This document shows, one piece after another, positions 9,400 through 19,414 of a stretch of DNA of 32,000 bases. How positions within the stretch are numbered: position 1 is the stretch's first letter; each line of letters starts with the position of its first letter. Position numbers and translations under genes: made by a program. The stretch covers positions 4,650,001-4,682,000 of the forward strand of contig NZ_LN831039.1 in the NCBI RefSeq assembly GCF_001457595.1, in the 5' to 3' direction. Source of the stretch: Mycolicibacterium smegmatis. GTDB taxonomy: Bacteria > Actinomycetota > Actinomycetes > Mycobacteriales > Mycobacteriaceae. The notes beneath the pieces are model-generated. The model searched no databases. It was not told where the DNA came from and saw only the letters and a list, made by a program, of their open reading frames with translations.

Positions 9400-10416
9400 A
9401 TGAGCCGGGCCCGGCGCAGTGACGGTCCGGTGATCGACATCCACTGTCATCGCGAATGCGGGCCGGCCGCCGAGTTCATGGCCGACGCCGCGCGGGCAGC
9501 GGGAAAAGTGGCGCTGGGACACGGCAATCCGACCACCCAGGCGGTGAACCGGCGCCAACTCGCATTGATCCGGCCCAAGATGGACTTCCTCGACGTCCGG
9601 CTCGCCGACATGGACCGCATGGGCGTGGACATCCAGGCGGTCGCGGTCTCGGTGTACCAGTACTACTACTGGGCCGACGCCGAACTCGGTGCCAAGGTCG
9701 CACGGATCGTCAACGAGGAACTCGTCGAGTCGACATCGGCACACCCCGGCCGGTTCCTTCCACTGGGCACCGTGCCGCTTCAGGACACCGAAGCAGCGAT
9801 CGCCGAATTACGCTATCTGGCATCAGAACTCGGCATGCGCGGCATCGAAATCGGCACGCACGTCGAGGGTGAGGAGATCTCGAGCCCGCGGCTGGAACCG
9901 TTCTGGGCCGAGGTCGAGGCGCTCGGTCTCGTCGTCGTCATCCACACGCAGGGAGCCACGCACCCCCAGCGACTGGCAGACCACAATTTCGTGAACATCA
10001 TCGGCCACGCGTTCGAGGCCACGCTGGCCACCGCGCATCTCATCTTCGACGGTGTCGTGGCGCGCCACCCCGATCTGAAGATCGTCGTCGTGCACGGCGG
10101 CGGCTACCTGCCCGCGTATGCCGGACGCATCGACCACGGCTGGAATGCGCGCGACGACGTCCGCGAAGGGGTTCCCGAACTCCCAAGCCACTATCTGCGC
10201 AAGTTCTACTTCGACACCATGGTGTTCGAACCCGACCAACTCGAATACCTCATCGGCAAGTACGGCGCCGACCACGTCGTCCTCGGCACCGACTACCCGT
10301 ACGACATGGGTGACGACGATCCACTCGGGCTGCTCGGAGAAGTCCCCGGACTGGATCAGGCCAAGGTCGATCTCATCGCAGGCGGAAACGCCGCACGACT
10401 TCTGGGGTTGTTATGA
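9400..10416 (+). CDS. Amidohydrolase family protein (ACMSD-like metal-dependent hydrolase/decarboxylase superfamily)
   Basis: PVIDIHCHRECG, LADMDRMGVDIQAVAV, ...VVIHTQGATHPQR, LKIVVVHGGGYLPAYAGRID, DHVVLGTDYPYDM. Confidence 0.9.
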   Translation: MSRARRSDGPVIDIHCHRECGPAAEFMADAARAAGKVALGHGNPTTQAVNRRQLALIRPKMDFLDVRLADMDRMGVDIQAVAVSVYQYYYWADAELGAKVARIVNEELVESTSAHPGRFLPLGTVPLQDTEAAIAELRYLASELGMRGIEIGTHVEGEEISSPRLEPFWAEVEALGLVVVIHTQGATHPQRLADHNFVNIIGHAFEATLATAHLIFDGVVARHPDLKIVVVHGGGYLPAYAGRIDHGWNARDDVREGVPELPSHYLRKFYFDTMVFEPDQLEYLIGKYGADHVVLGTDYPYDMGDDDPLGLLGEVPGLDQAKVDLIAGGNAARLLGLL

Positions 10417-11555
10417 GCACACCACTACCTGCGCACGGCTCCGTCGGGCTCGCGGTCATCGGATGCGGCACGGTCGGCAGGATCCGCGCGATGCTGGCAC
10501 GGGAGTATCCCGGCATCGAATGGCTCGGTCTGTGCGACGTCGACGAGCAGGTCCTCAAGGACCTGACCGCCGACACCGATGCCGACTTCGCCACCACGGA
10601 CATCACCGAACTGCTGGCACGGCCCGAGGTGGGCGCGGTCATCATCGCGACCGATGAACGCGAGCACGTCGATCCGATCCTGCGTTCGGTGGAACTGGGT
10701 GTCCCGCTGTTCATCGAGAAGCCACTGGCCACCGATCCGGCGGACTCCGCTCGCGTGCTCGCGGCGATCACCGATGCCGGCGTCGACGCCGTCGTCGGCT
10801 ACACCCAGCGGTTCCGGCGACGATTCCAGACCGTCAAGCAACGCCTACGCGACGGCCAGATCGGTGATGTCACAACGGTCGTCACCCGGGCGTTCATGAA
10901 TCGCATGGTCCCGGAGGCCACCCTGCGGAAGGTGACGGACACGACCAACCTCACCCCCATGGTGGTATCGGGCACCCACAGCCTCGACATGTGCATGTGG
11001 CTGCTGGAGGGCCGAAAGCCGGTCGAGGTGTATGCGCGCTCCACCGACCGCACCCTGGGCCCGATCGGCACCAAGGACGGTACGTCGGGGATCTTCACGA
11101 TGGACGACGGCGTGGTGTTCAGCATGAACATCAACTGGGCGCTGCCGACGGTCTGGCCGGGCGCGGTGTACGGACTGGAGATCGGCATCGTCGGGACCCG
11201 CGGCGTGATCGACATCGAGGACACCCACCGCGACGTCATCCTCGCCTCCGAGATCGGGCAGCCTGCGGGATACAACAGCCGTGGATTCGAGCCACCCGCA
11301 CCCCGGCACGTGGATTTCGTGGGCAGCTATCCCCCGGGCGACGTATCGGACGGCATGTTGTGGGGCCCGATGCGCGAGGAGACCACCACCTGGTTCGCCC
11401 GGATCTGCCGCGGTATCAACACACCACACGCCACCGCGGCAGACGGCCACGCCAACCTGATCCACACCATGGCAATGGATTTGTCCTCGCGGACCGGCCG
11501 CCCCGTTCCCCTGCCGATAGACCCCGGTGAACTCCTCGCCGGACTCAAACCCTGA
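10413..11555 (+). CDS. Gfo/Idh/MocA family oxidoreductase
   Basis: GLAVIGCGTVGRIRA, LFIEKPLATDPADSARV, VVGYTQRFRRRFQ. ATGA overlap with 9400..10416. Confidence 0.93.
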   Translation: MSTPLPAHGSVGLAVIGCGTVGRIRAMLAREYPGIEWLGLCDVDEQVLKDLTADTDADFATTDITELLARPEVGAVIIATDEREHVDPILRSVELGVPLFIEKPLATDPADSARVLAAITDAGVDAVVGYTQRFRRRFQTVKQRLRDGQIGDVTTVVTRAFMNRMVPEATLRKVTDTTNLTPMVVSGTHSLDMCMWLLEGRKPVEVYARSTDRTLGPIGTKDGTSGIFTMDDGVVFSMNINWALPTVWPGAVYGLEIGIVGTRGVIDIEDTHRDVILASEIGQPAGYNSRGFEPPAPRHVDFVGSYPPGDVSDGMLWGPMREETTTWFARICRGINTPHATAADGHANLIHTMAMDLSSRTGRPVPLPIDPGELLAGLKP

Positions 11556-11572
11556 TTCGAAAGGACCCGGGC

Positions 11573-12652
11573 ATGCGCCAGATCAATCTCGGAATCATCG
11601 GAACCGGTTGGTGCGGCGGCATCCGCGCCGTCACGGCGTCGCGAAGCCCACTCGTCGCCGATCTGCATCTCGCCGAGATCAACCCGGCGCGGAGGGCCGA
11701 GATCACCGGACTGACCGATCCGACGTACGTCACCGAGCATTGGCAGGAACTCGTCGAGAATCCGGGCCTCGACGCGATCGTCGTCTCCGCCACACCCGAG
11801 GACCTGCACTACCCGATGACGAAAGCTGCTCTGGAAGCGGGCAAGCACGTGCTTCTCGAGAAGCCCGTGGCCGTGACCCTGGCCGAGGCCGACGAACTCA
11901 TCGCGCTGGCCGAGAGCGCCAACCTCAAGTTCACGATCGGTTACTCGCAGCGGTTCAACGACAAACAGGCCATGATCAAACGGGCCATCAACGACGGTAC
12001 ATTGGGGAACGTCACCAGCATCCTGCTGAGCCGCCACATCACACGATCGCTGGGCGCCAAGATCTCCTCGCGCACAAAGCTGTCCCCCGCTGCCATGGAA
12101 GCCACTCACGATCTCGATTTCGCGTTCTGGTGCCTTGAGCCACGCCGGCCCGTGCGGGTGTACTCGCAGAACGCCTGGGGCGTAAGGGCATCCACCCTCG
12201 GCTCACCCGACACCCAGTACCTGGTGGTGACCATGGACGACGGTGTGGTGGTGACGGTCGGCGCCGGCATGTCCCTGCCGCCGGGCTATCCGAACGCGTC
12301 GACGACCTGGATGGAGGTGATCGGCACCGAGGGCGCGGTGCTCGCCGACGCCAGCCACCGTGACATCGTGCTGAACACCGTGAGCAACGGCGTGCAATTC
12401 CCGTTGTCCACCATGCCCGGCGAATTCGTCGACCACGTGTACTCGGGGCCCATGGAACGCGAGACCACGCACTTCATCGAAGCCGTCGCCTGTGACCGCC
12501 CGGTCCTGGTGGAGGCACGACTCGCGCGCGTCACCATGGAGGTCTACCTGGCCGCCGATCTCTCCGCGCAGCGCAACGAAGTGGTGCACCTGCCGTTGTC
12601 CGAGGAGGACATCCTCCAGACGCAAGCCGAGACGGCCCTGAGCCGCGCATGA
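11573..12652 (+). CDS. Gfo/Idh/MocA family oxidoreductase (second paralogue)
   Basis: INLGIIGTGWCGGIRA, HVLLEKPVAVTLAEADEL, TIGYSQRFNDK. Confidence 0.93.
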   Translation: MRQINLGIIGTGWCGGIRAVTASRSPLVADLHLAEINPARRAEITGLTDPTYVTEHWQELVENPGLDAIVVSATPEDLHYPMTKAALEAGKHVLLEKPVAVTLAEADELIALAESANLKFTIGYSQRFNDKQAMIKRAINDGTLGNVTSILLSRHITRSLGAKISSRTKLSPAAMEATHDLDFAFWCLEPRRPVRVYSQNAWGVRASTLGSPDTQYLVVTMDDGVVVTVGAGMSLPPGYPNASTTWMEVIGTEGAVLADASHRDIVLNTVSNGVQFPLSTMPGEFVDHVYSGPMERETTHFIEAVACDRPVLVEARLARVTMEVYLAADLSAQRNEVVHLPLSEEDILQTQAETALSRA

Positions 12653-13725
12653 CCGATGCGGCCGAGTGGTGGCCGGAACTGGCGCCGCGCATCGAGACGT
12701 CGCGCGCACCCAAACCGCCCGGCACCTGCGTGGACGCCCACACCCACCTGTCGGTGAAACCCGCTGCGGCACTCGCGAAACCATACTTCCGCCCCGAATA
12801 CGAACCGCGGTCGCTGTACTCGTCGGAGGAGACCACGCGCTACAACGCCGAATACCGCGCGAGCCCACTCAACACCGCACAGTTCGAGGAGGCCGAGCAA
12901 CGCCTGGCCGACATGGACGCCCAGGGCGTCGACATCCAACTGCTCGCGGTGCCACCGACCGAGTACTTCTATTGGCTTCCCGAAGATGAGGCGTTACAGG
13001 CCAACCGGATTCAACACGAACGCATCGCCGAGGTGGTGACGACATGGCCGACCCGGTTCGCCGGGGTGGCCAACGTCCCGATGAACTACCCCAAGCTGGC
13101 GGTGGAGACCCTGCGGGAAGCGCAGCGTGAGTTCGGCTTCCACGGCGTCGAGATCAGCGCCGACGTGCTGGGCCTGGATCTCGACGACCGGCGGTTCGAT
13201 CCGTTCTGGGAGGCTGTCGTCGAACTGGACATGACGGTGATCCTGCATCCCCAGGGATTCACGCACGGCCAGCGGTTCACCGACTACTACCTGGTGAACG
13301 TCATGTGCATGCCGTTGGCCTCCACGCTGGCCGTGACGCGGATGATCCTCGGCGGTGTATGGAGGCGTCACCCGCACCTGCGCGTGCTGGTGGTGCACGG
13401 CGGCGGGTACCTGCCGTTCTACATCGCACGTACCGACCACGCCTGGCGGGTGCGGCCCGAACTGCGCCATCATCTCGACATCCCGCCGAGCGAGGTGCTG
13501 CGCTCGATCTATGTGGACACCAACGTGTTCGATGCGCGGATGGTCGAGCAACTCGTACGCGACCTGGGTGCCGATCACGTGGTGATGGGCACCGACTACC
13601 CGTTCGACATGAGCACGGTCGACCCGGTCGCGTTCCTCTCCGGAACACGAATGTCCGAGGATGACCGGGCACAGGTGCTGGGCGGCAACGCGATCCGCCT
13701 GTTCAAGATCGACGCGGCACCATGA
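12649..13725 (+). CDS. Amidohydrolase family protein (ACMSD-like, paralogue of 9400..10416)
   Basis: CVDAHTHLSVKPAA, RLADMDAQGVDIQLLAVPPTEYFYW, LRVLVVHGGGYLPFYIARTDH, DHVVMGTDYPFDMSTVDPVAFL. ATGA overlap with previous gene. Confidence 0.9.
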   Translation: MTDAAEWWPELAPRIETSRAPKPPGTCVDAHTHLSVKPAAALAKPYFRPEYEPRSLYSSEETTRYNAEYRASPLNTAQFEEAEQRLADMDAQGVDIQLLAVPPTEYFYWLPEDEALQANRIQHERIAEVVTTWPTRFAGVANVPMNYPKLAVETLREAQREFGFHGVEISADVLGLDLDDRRFDPFWEAVVELDMTVILHPQGFTHGQRFTDYYLVNVMCMPLASTLAVTRMILGGVWRRHPHLRVLVVHGGGYLPFYIARTDHAWRVRPELRHHLDIPPSEVLRSIYVDTNVFDARMVEQLVRDLGADHVVMGTDYPFDMSTVDPVAFLSGTRMSEDDRAQVLGGNAIRLFKIDAAP

Positions 13726-14762
13726 TGCGTGTTCCCGCCGCGACGCTCGAGCGTTTCGCCGCCGACGCCCTGCGCACGAGCGGCGTCGCGAGCGACCATG
13801 CCGACATCACCGCGCGCCGCCTCGTCGAGGCCGACATGCGTGGACGCACCGGGCACGGCCTGATCCGGCTGCCCTCCTACCTGTCGCGTATCCGGGCGGG
13901 CGGGGTGAACGTGCGTCCCGAGATCGCGGTGCTCCACGAGACACCGGTGTCCGCGCTGATCGACGGCGACAACGCACTCGGACAGGTGGTGATGACCAGG
14001 GCCACCGAGTTGGCCATCGAGAAGGCGCGACAATCGGGGCTGGCGTGGGTGGGCACCGTGCACTCGAATCATGCGGGCGCGGCCGGTCTGTACGCGCACA
14101 TGGCCGCCGACGCTGGATGCGTCGGGATCTACCTCGCCGTGGCCAACGCCAACGGGATGCCGCCCTGGGGCGGGACGAACCCGCTGCTCGGCACCAACCC
14201 GCTGGCGATCGCGATCCCCACCACCTCGACCCCGTTCGTGCTCGACATCGCCACCACCACGGCATCACACGGCACCATCAAAGTGGCTGCCCGCGAGGGT
14301 CGCCCGATGCCCCAGGGGTGGGTCATCGACACGGCGGGCCGACCGATCACCGACCCGTCGAAAGCCCACGAGGGTTTCCTGGTGCCGATCGGCGGCTACA
14401 AGGGTGCCGGCCTCACCATCGCGATCGGCCTGCTCGCCGGCGTGCTCAACGGGGCCGCGTTCGGCGCCGACGTGATCGACCATCGCGTCGACGGGAGCAC
14501 CCCGACCAACACCGGGCAGGCCGTCCTGGTGCTGCGCACCGACCTGTTCCGCCCAAAGCCCGTAGTCCTCGCGGAGCTCACACGTCATCTGGACGCGCTG
14601 CGCGACTCGGGCGCGATCGACGGTGGCCGCGTGAGGCTTCCCGGGGACGAGGCGGCCCGAATGCAAGCCGACGCCCAACGATTCGGCGTGCCGGTGCCGG
14701 ACAAACTCGCCGCGCAACTGCGCGACGTGGCACGTGACACCGGAGTCGAGTCCCCCTTCTAG
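13722..14762 (+). CDS. Ldh family oxidoreductase (malate/L-lactate/ureidoglycolate dehydrogenase family)
   Basis: VPAATLERFAADALRTSGVASDHADITARRLVEADMRGRTGHGLIRLPSYL, GPLLGTNPLAIAIPT-like GGTNPLLGTNPLAIAIPTTS, DIATTTASHG. Confidence 0.93.
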   Translation: MMRVPAATLERFAADALRTSGVASDHADITARRLVEADMRGRTGHGLIRLPSYLSRIRAGGVNVRPEIAVLHETPVSALIDGDNALGQVVMTRATELAIEKARQSGLAWVGTVHSNHAGAAGLYAHMAADAGCVGIYLAVANANGMPPWGGTNPLLGTNPLAIAIPTTSTPFVLDIATTTASHGTIKVAAREGRPMPQGWVIDTAGRPITDPSKAHEGFLVPIGGYKGAGLTIAIGLLAGVLNGAAFGADVIDHRVDGSTPTNTGQAVLVLRTDLFRPKPVVLAELTRHLDALRDSGAIDGGRVRLPGDEAARMQADAQRFGVPVPDKLAAQLRDVARDTGVESPF

Positions 14763-14774
14763 AGAGGACGACAC

Positions 14775-15650
14775 ATGAAACTCGCCACCTATCGGCGGCC
14801 AGGGGGCGCCCCCGAGATCGGTGTGGTCGACGGAGACAAACTGGTGCCGCTCACCGCCGAGGACGGCTTCCCGCCCACCATGGTGGAGTTCGTCGCACTT
14901 GGCGCCGAAGGTCTGCGTCGTGCGGCGAAGGTGGCGGCCACCGCGCCCCGTATCGCGGCCGGCACCGTCCGGTTACTGGCACCGATCCGTCCGCACAACA
15001 ACGTGATGTGCGTGGGCAAGAACTACCATGACCACGCCGAGGAGTTCGCGGGCAGCGGTTTCGACGCCAGCCAGAAACAGGTGGTTCCCGACATCCCGGT
15101 GATCTTCACCAAGGCGCTGTCGTCGATCGTCGGTCCGGGTGACGAGGTCCGCGTGAGCGATGACCCCACGCACACGAGCGATTACGAGGGCGAACTCGCG
15201 GTGGTGATCGGCGAGGGCGGGCATCGGATCGCCGCGGCGGATGCGTTCGCACACGTCTACGGCTACACCATCGTCAACGACGTCACGATCCGCGATCTGC
15301 AGAAGCGCCATGTGCAGTTCTTCATCGGCAAGAGCGCCGCCACCTACGGTCCGATGGGTCCGGTGCTGGTGACCGCCGACGAGATCGGCGACGTGAACGC
15401 CTTGCGGGTGCAGACCCGGATCAACGGGGAGTTGCGTCAGGACGCACCGCTGGCCGACCTGATCTTCGACATCCCCACGGTGATCGAGGCGATCTCGGCG
15501 GCGGTGCTGCTGCAACCCGGCGACGTGATCGCCACCGGCACACCGGCCGGTGTGGGCATCGGGTTCACCCCGCCGCGTTTCCTGTCGCCGGGCGACCTCA
15601 TGGAGGTCACCGTCGACGGCATCGGCACGCTGTCCAATCCTGCTGTGTAG
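14775..15650 (+). CDS. Fumarylacetoacetate hydrolase (FAH) family protein
   Basis: NVMCVGKNYHDHAEEF, IFTKALSSIVGPGDEV, DYEGELAVVIGEGG, DVIATGTPAGVGIGFTPPRFLSPGDLMEV. Confidence 0.94.
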   Translation: MKLATYRRPGGAPEIGVVDGDKLVPLTAEDGFPPTMVEFVALGAEGLRRAAKVAATAPRIAAGTVRLLAPIRPHNNVMCVGKNYHDHAEEFAGSGFDASQKQVVPDIPVIFTKALSSIVGPGDEVRVSDDPTHTSDYEGELAVVIGEGGHRIAAADAFAHVYGYTIVNDVTIRDLQKRHVQFFIGKSAATYGPMGPVLVTADEIGDVNALRVQTRINGELRQDAPLADLIFDIPTVIEAISAAVLLQPGDVIATGTPAGVGIGFTPPRFLSPGDLMEVTVDGIGTLSNPAV

Positions 15651-15687
15651 CAGGCAAAACAGCGTGCCGTGCGCCACCCGGTGCGGA

Positions 15688-16431
15688 TCAGGAGACGGCC
15701 AACGCCCCGATGTCTTCGAAGGTCTTGAACACCTCGGCCTTGGTGACGGCCACGTCGGCATCGGCCGGATCACGCGGGAACGGCAGCGTGAGCTTGATGT
15801 CGTCGGCAAGGCGACCGCCCTTGGCGAACACCAGGATCCGGTTCGACAGCTCGACGGCCTCGCCGACGTCGTGCGTCACGAAGACCACGGTCTTGCCGGT
15901 CTCGGCCCAGATGGTGTGCAGTTCGCGCCGCAGCGTGCGCGCCGTGATCGCATCGAGGTGGCTGAACGGTTCGTCCATGAACAGCACATCGGGTTCGGTC
16001 GCGAAAGCGCGCGCGATGCCCACGCGCTGCTGCATGCCGCCCGACAGTTCCCCTGGGTACTTGTCCCCTTTGTCGCCGAGTTGCACCATCTCCAGGTAAT
16101 GCCGGCACCGCGCACGTGTATCGGGCGAGCGGTCCTTCTGGACGAACAGCATGTTGTCCATCACGCTGCGCCACGGCAGCAGCCGGGCGGCCTGGAACAC
16201 GTAGCCCGCGCGTGCCGGCCTGCCGTTCTCCGTGATGCTCACCCGGCCGCTGGTGGGCGTCTCGATGCCGCTGAGGATGTTCAGCAGCGTCGACTTTCCG
16301 CACCCGGACGCCCCGACGATCGATACGAAGGCGTGCCCGCTGATGCTCAGGTTCACGTTCTCCAGCGCGATGACCTTGTCGGCGCCGAGTCCGAATTCCT
16401 TGTGCAGGTTGGTGACAGAGATTTCAGCCAC
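15688..16431 (-). CDS. ABC transporter ATP-binding protein, nitrate/sulfonate/taurine type
   Basis: Walker A GASGCGKST, LSGGMQQRVGIARA, Walker B DVLFMDEPFSHLD, FVTHDVGEAVELSNRI. Confidence 0.95.
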   Translation of the reverse strand: MAEISVTNLHKEFGLGADKVIALENVNLSISGHAFVSIVGASGCGKSTLLNILSGIETPTSGRVSITENGRPARAGYVFQAARLLPWRSVMDNMLFVQKDRSPDTRARCRHYLEMVQLGDKGDKYPGELSGGMQQRVGIARAFATEPDVLFMDEPFSHLDAITARTLRRELHTIWAETGKTVVFVTHDVGEAVELSNRILVFAKGGRLADDIKLTLPFPRDPADADVAVTKAEVFKTFEDIGALAVS

Positions 16432-17473
16432 GGTCGTTTCTCCTGTCGTTGTCGGGCGCGCCCGGCGCCGTGGATGGGGGTTGGTCGTCGTTGGGGCCCT
16501 GGGTCACCAGGGTGATGCTGCCCAGCGCCGCGCTGGTGGTGGTGGCGCCGGTCTCGGCCGCCGCGACGGCGGCCTGGGCGGGAGCGTCGAAACGCTCCTC
16601 GACCACGTCGACCGCATCGATCGCCGGGCGCCACTTGAACAGGCGCTTCGACAACTGGTCGAACATGAACTTCTCGAAGATCAGCGCGAAGATGACGAAC
16701 AGCAGTGCATATCCGATGACGCCGTAGGCACGGTGCGCGTCGTACCAGAACTTGATGGTCCAGCCGGCCCCGTCCTGACCACCGAACACCTCGGCGACCA
16801 CCAGGCCCTTCCATCCGAGGGCGAAACAATACCGTGCGGCGGCGAACAGGAACGGCAACAACGACGGGATCAGCACGTGGCGGATCACGCGGTCGCGCGG
16901 CACGCCGAACGCGCGCGCCATGTCGTACAGATCCGTCGGCGTGTTCCGTACGCCCTCACGGACGTTGATGATCACGAACGGAACACCCGTCAGCACCACG
17001 GTGACGATCGGTCCGACGTCACCGAATCCGAAAGCCAGGCTGCAGAACAACGCCCACGCCAGGTTCGGCATCGCCAGGATCGCGACCACCCAGTCGTTGA
17101 AGAACGCGTCGACCGCTTTGGACAGGCCCATCGCGATGCCGATGACGGTTCCGATCACCATCGCGATCAGCATGCCGATGCCCAGCCGCTGCAAGGAGAT
17201 CCCGAACGTCACGTACATGTTGTGCGGCGCCAGGGTGTCACCCCGCAGCTCGTCGGCCATGAAACCGAACACCTGCCACGGTGTGGGCAGGACGTCCACC
17301 GCGAACGGCCAGATGGTGGTGACCGCCTTGATCGCGGCCAGCCAGAACAGCAGGCACACAACCGGGAACAGCAACCGACCTGCCCACGAACTGCGCATCA
17401 ACCACTGCCAGCCCGTGGTGAGGGCCGAGGGGCGCTCGTGGGCACCCACTTCGGAACGCGTCAGAACGCTCAT
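16424..17473 (-). CDS. ABC transporter permease, nitrate/sulfonate/taurine type
   Basis: ATG at 17473; TPWQVFGFMADEL, EGVRNTPTDLYDMARAFGVPRDRVIRHVLIPSLLPFLFAAARYCFALGWKGLVVAEVFG (EAA loop). Confidence 0.92.
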   Translation of the reverse strand: MSVLTRSEVGAHERPSALTTGWQWLMRSSWAGRLLFPVVCLLFWLAAIKAVTTIWPFAVDVLPTPWQVFGFMADELRGDTLAPHNMYVTFGISLQRLGIGMLIAMVIGTVIGIAMGLSKAVDAFFNDWVVAILAMPNLAWALFCSLAFGFGDVGPIVTVVLTGVPFVIINVREGVRNTPTDLYDMARAFGVPRDRVIRHVLIPSLLPFLFAAARYCFALGWKGLVVAEVFGGQDGAGWTIKFWYDAHRAYGVIGYALLFVIFALIFEKFMFDQLSKRLFKWRPAIDAVDVVEERFDAPAQAAVAAAETGATTTSAALGSITLVTQGPNDDQPPSTAPGAPDNDRRNDRG

Positions 17474-18309
17474 GACTTCAACTCCCCTCGCCAGGCGAAG
17501 AACCGGCGTTCGAGGGATTCCAGCACCACCTTGTCGAGGAACAGCGCGAGGACGTAGAACGCGAGGATCCAGGTGAGGAACTCGTCGAGCCGGAACAGCT
17601 GTGTGGCGGTGCGCATCTCGAACCCGATGCCCTGGGAGGCCGCGAACACCTCGGTCAGCACCGTCACCTTCCACGCGATCGAGAATCCGAACCGCACTCC
17701 GGTGAAGATGAACGGCGCGAGGTGCGGTACGACGATGTGGCGGTTGCGTTTCACCACCCCGACGTCGAACGACCTGCCCATGTCGATGAGATCCTTGGGC
17801 AGCGATTTGATGCCTTCGGCGATGTTCACGGTGATGAGCGCGAACGTGGTCAACACGATCGCGATGATCGGTCCCGCGGTGCGGTTTCCGAAGATTATCG
17901 CGGTGATCAGGGCCCAGATGAGCCCAGGTGTCGTGACACCGATGGTGACCGCGTCGCGGAAGAAGCCGTTGAGAAACCGGTTCTGCATGAGGATGCCGAT
18001 GGCCACCCCCACCACGAACGCGATCGCGAAACCGACCGCGATCCGCGACAGCGTCGTGGCGAACGCCCCGGGCACCTCACCGCTGGCCCAGAGTCGGCCG
18101 AACGTCTCGAACACCGTCGACGGCCCGGGCAGTAACCTCTCGTCCATCAGGTTGCCCGACGCGAGCTCCCAGATGCCGAGGAAGAACACGTAACCGGCGA
18201 TCCGCCAGCCCCACGTCGTGATGCGGTCTCTTCGCTTCGCCGCGCGGACGATGTCCTCTTCGCTCGTCCGCGCGGGGACGTTCGGGGGTGACTCCAAGGT
18301 GGTTGACAC
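17470..18309 (-). CDS. ABC transporter permease, nitrate/sulfonate/taurine type
   Basis: GTG at 18309 preferred; LLPGPSTVFETFGRLWASGEVPGAFATTLSRIAVGFAIAFVVGVAIGI, EGIKSLPKDLIDMGRSF. Confidence 0.9.
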   Translation of the reverse strand: MSTTLESPPNVPARTSEEDIVRAAKRRDRITTWGWRIAGYVFFLGIWELASGNLMDERLLPGPSTVFETFGRLWASGEVPGAFATTLSRIAVGFAIAFVVGVAIGILMQNRFLNGFFRDAVTIGVTTPGLIWALITAIIFGNRTAGPIIAIVLTTFALITVNIAEGIKSLPKDLIDMGRSFDVGVVKRNRHIVVPHLAPFIFTGVRFGFSIAWKVTVLTEVFAASQGIGFEMRTATQLFRLDEFLTWILAFYVLALFLDKVVLESLERRFFAWRGELKS

Positions 18310-18349
18310 AAGTCGCCTCTCGTCTATCGATGAACTCGTCGTGTACGGG

Positions 18350-19414
18350 TCACGAGGTCTTCGCCGCCTCATAGCGCGGGGTCGGGGCGTCGGGGGCCAG
18401 ATAGTTCGCGTTCGCGGGGTTGAGCTGCTTCATCAGGTTCCAGATCTCGGTTTCCGCCGGGATCCAGGCCGGGTCGAGCGCAACCTTGTCGACGAACCAG
18501 TTGTTGTCGCCGGACATGAATTGGATGAGCCAGTCGATGTCCTCGGAGCTCTCCACCGAGAAGTGTTGCGGGTACTTGCGAATCACGTCCGCTTTCTGCT
18601 CCTGGAACATGTCGACGCCCTGCTGCCAGAGGTCGAGGAACTTGATCGCGAGGTCGGGGTGCGCGTCGTACCACTCCTCGGTCGCGGTGAAGGTGTTGCC
18701 CACGACGTGCAGCTGGTCGTCGCTGTTGGGTGCGAACTCCTTGTACAGCTGGAACGGCAGCTCACCGCCGTACATGATCTCGAGCTCACCCTTGCGCAGC
18801 TGCGGCACGGCTGCCTCGGGAATGACAGCCGCGGCTTCGCAGTCACCGCGCAGCAGGTTGGTCGGGTTCACGAAGTGGTCGTTGACGAGAAGATCGAAAT
18901 CGCCGCCGCCGACGCGGTAGTCGAGGCCGTGCATCTGCTGGGCCAGCACGGTCCAGAACGCGGTGTTGGAGGTGGGGCCGGACACGCAGATCTTCGAGCC
19001 CTTCGGGATGTCCTCCAGCGTCTCGTACGGATCGCCTGCCCGTTTCAGCATCGGGACCCGCTGGTAGTTGTATTTGCCGAAGGTGACGGTCTTGATTCCG
19101 GTCTGTTGTTCGAGAACCGGGACTTCCTGCGTGGACATCGAGACGATGTCTCCGTGCCCGCCGGCGAAGTAGGTGAACTCGTCCCACGTCGAGCTGGTCT
19201 CGATCCGGATGTTGTTCTCCTGCTCCCACTTGGCCCTGGTTCCCGAATCGGTCAACAGATCCCATACCGGATCCGGTGCGAACGCGAACCTGATGACCTG
19301 CGGTCCGCCGGACTCCTGCTCGCCGGATTTCCCGCATCCCACGAGCGCCGTCAGCGCGAGTGCCGCGGCCCCAGCCACACACGCCGCTTTCCTGGCCGCT
19401 TTCTTGACCTTCAC
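18350..19414 (-). CDS. ABC transporter substrate-binding lipoprotein
   Basis: N-terminal signal with lipobox: MKVKKAARKAACVAGAAALALTALVGCGKSGEQ; periplasmic-binding-like body; immediately upstream of the permeases. Confidence 0.92.
   Translation of the reverse strand: MKVKKAARKAACVAGAAALALTALVGCGKSGEQESGGPQVIRFAFAPDPVWDLLTDSGTRAKWEQENNIRIETSSTWDEFTYFAGGHGDIVSMSTQEVPVLEQQTGIKTVTFGKYNYQRVPMLKRAGDPYETLEDIPKGSKICVSGPTSNTAFWTVLAQQMHGLDYRVGGGDFDLLVNDHFVNPTNLLRGDCEAAAVIPEAAVPQLRKGELEIMYGGELPFQLYKEFAPNSDDQLHVVGNTFTATEEWYDAHPDLAIKFLDLWQQGVDMFQEQKADVIRKYPQHFSVESSEDIDWLIQFMSGDNNWFVDKVALDPAWIPAETEIWNLMKQLNPANANYLAPDAPTPRYEAAKTS

Noticed and set aside
13661-14737. 358-aa plus-strand ORF overlapping the Ldh-family gene in another frame
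   Set aside because: Arg/His-rich shadow frame; the 13722-14762 frame encodes a clear Ldh-family enzyme and is coupled to its upstream gene.
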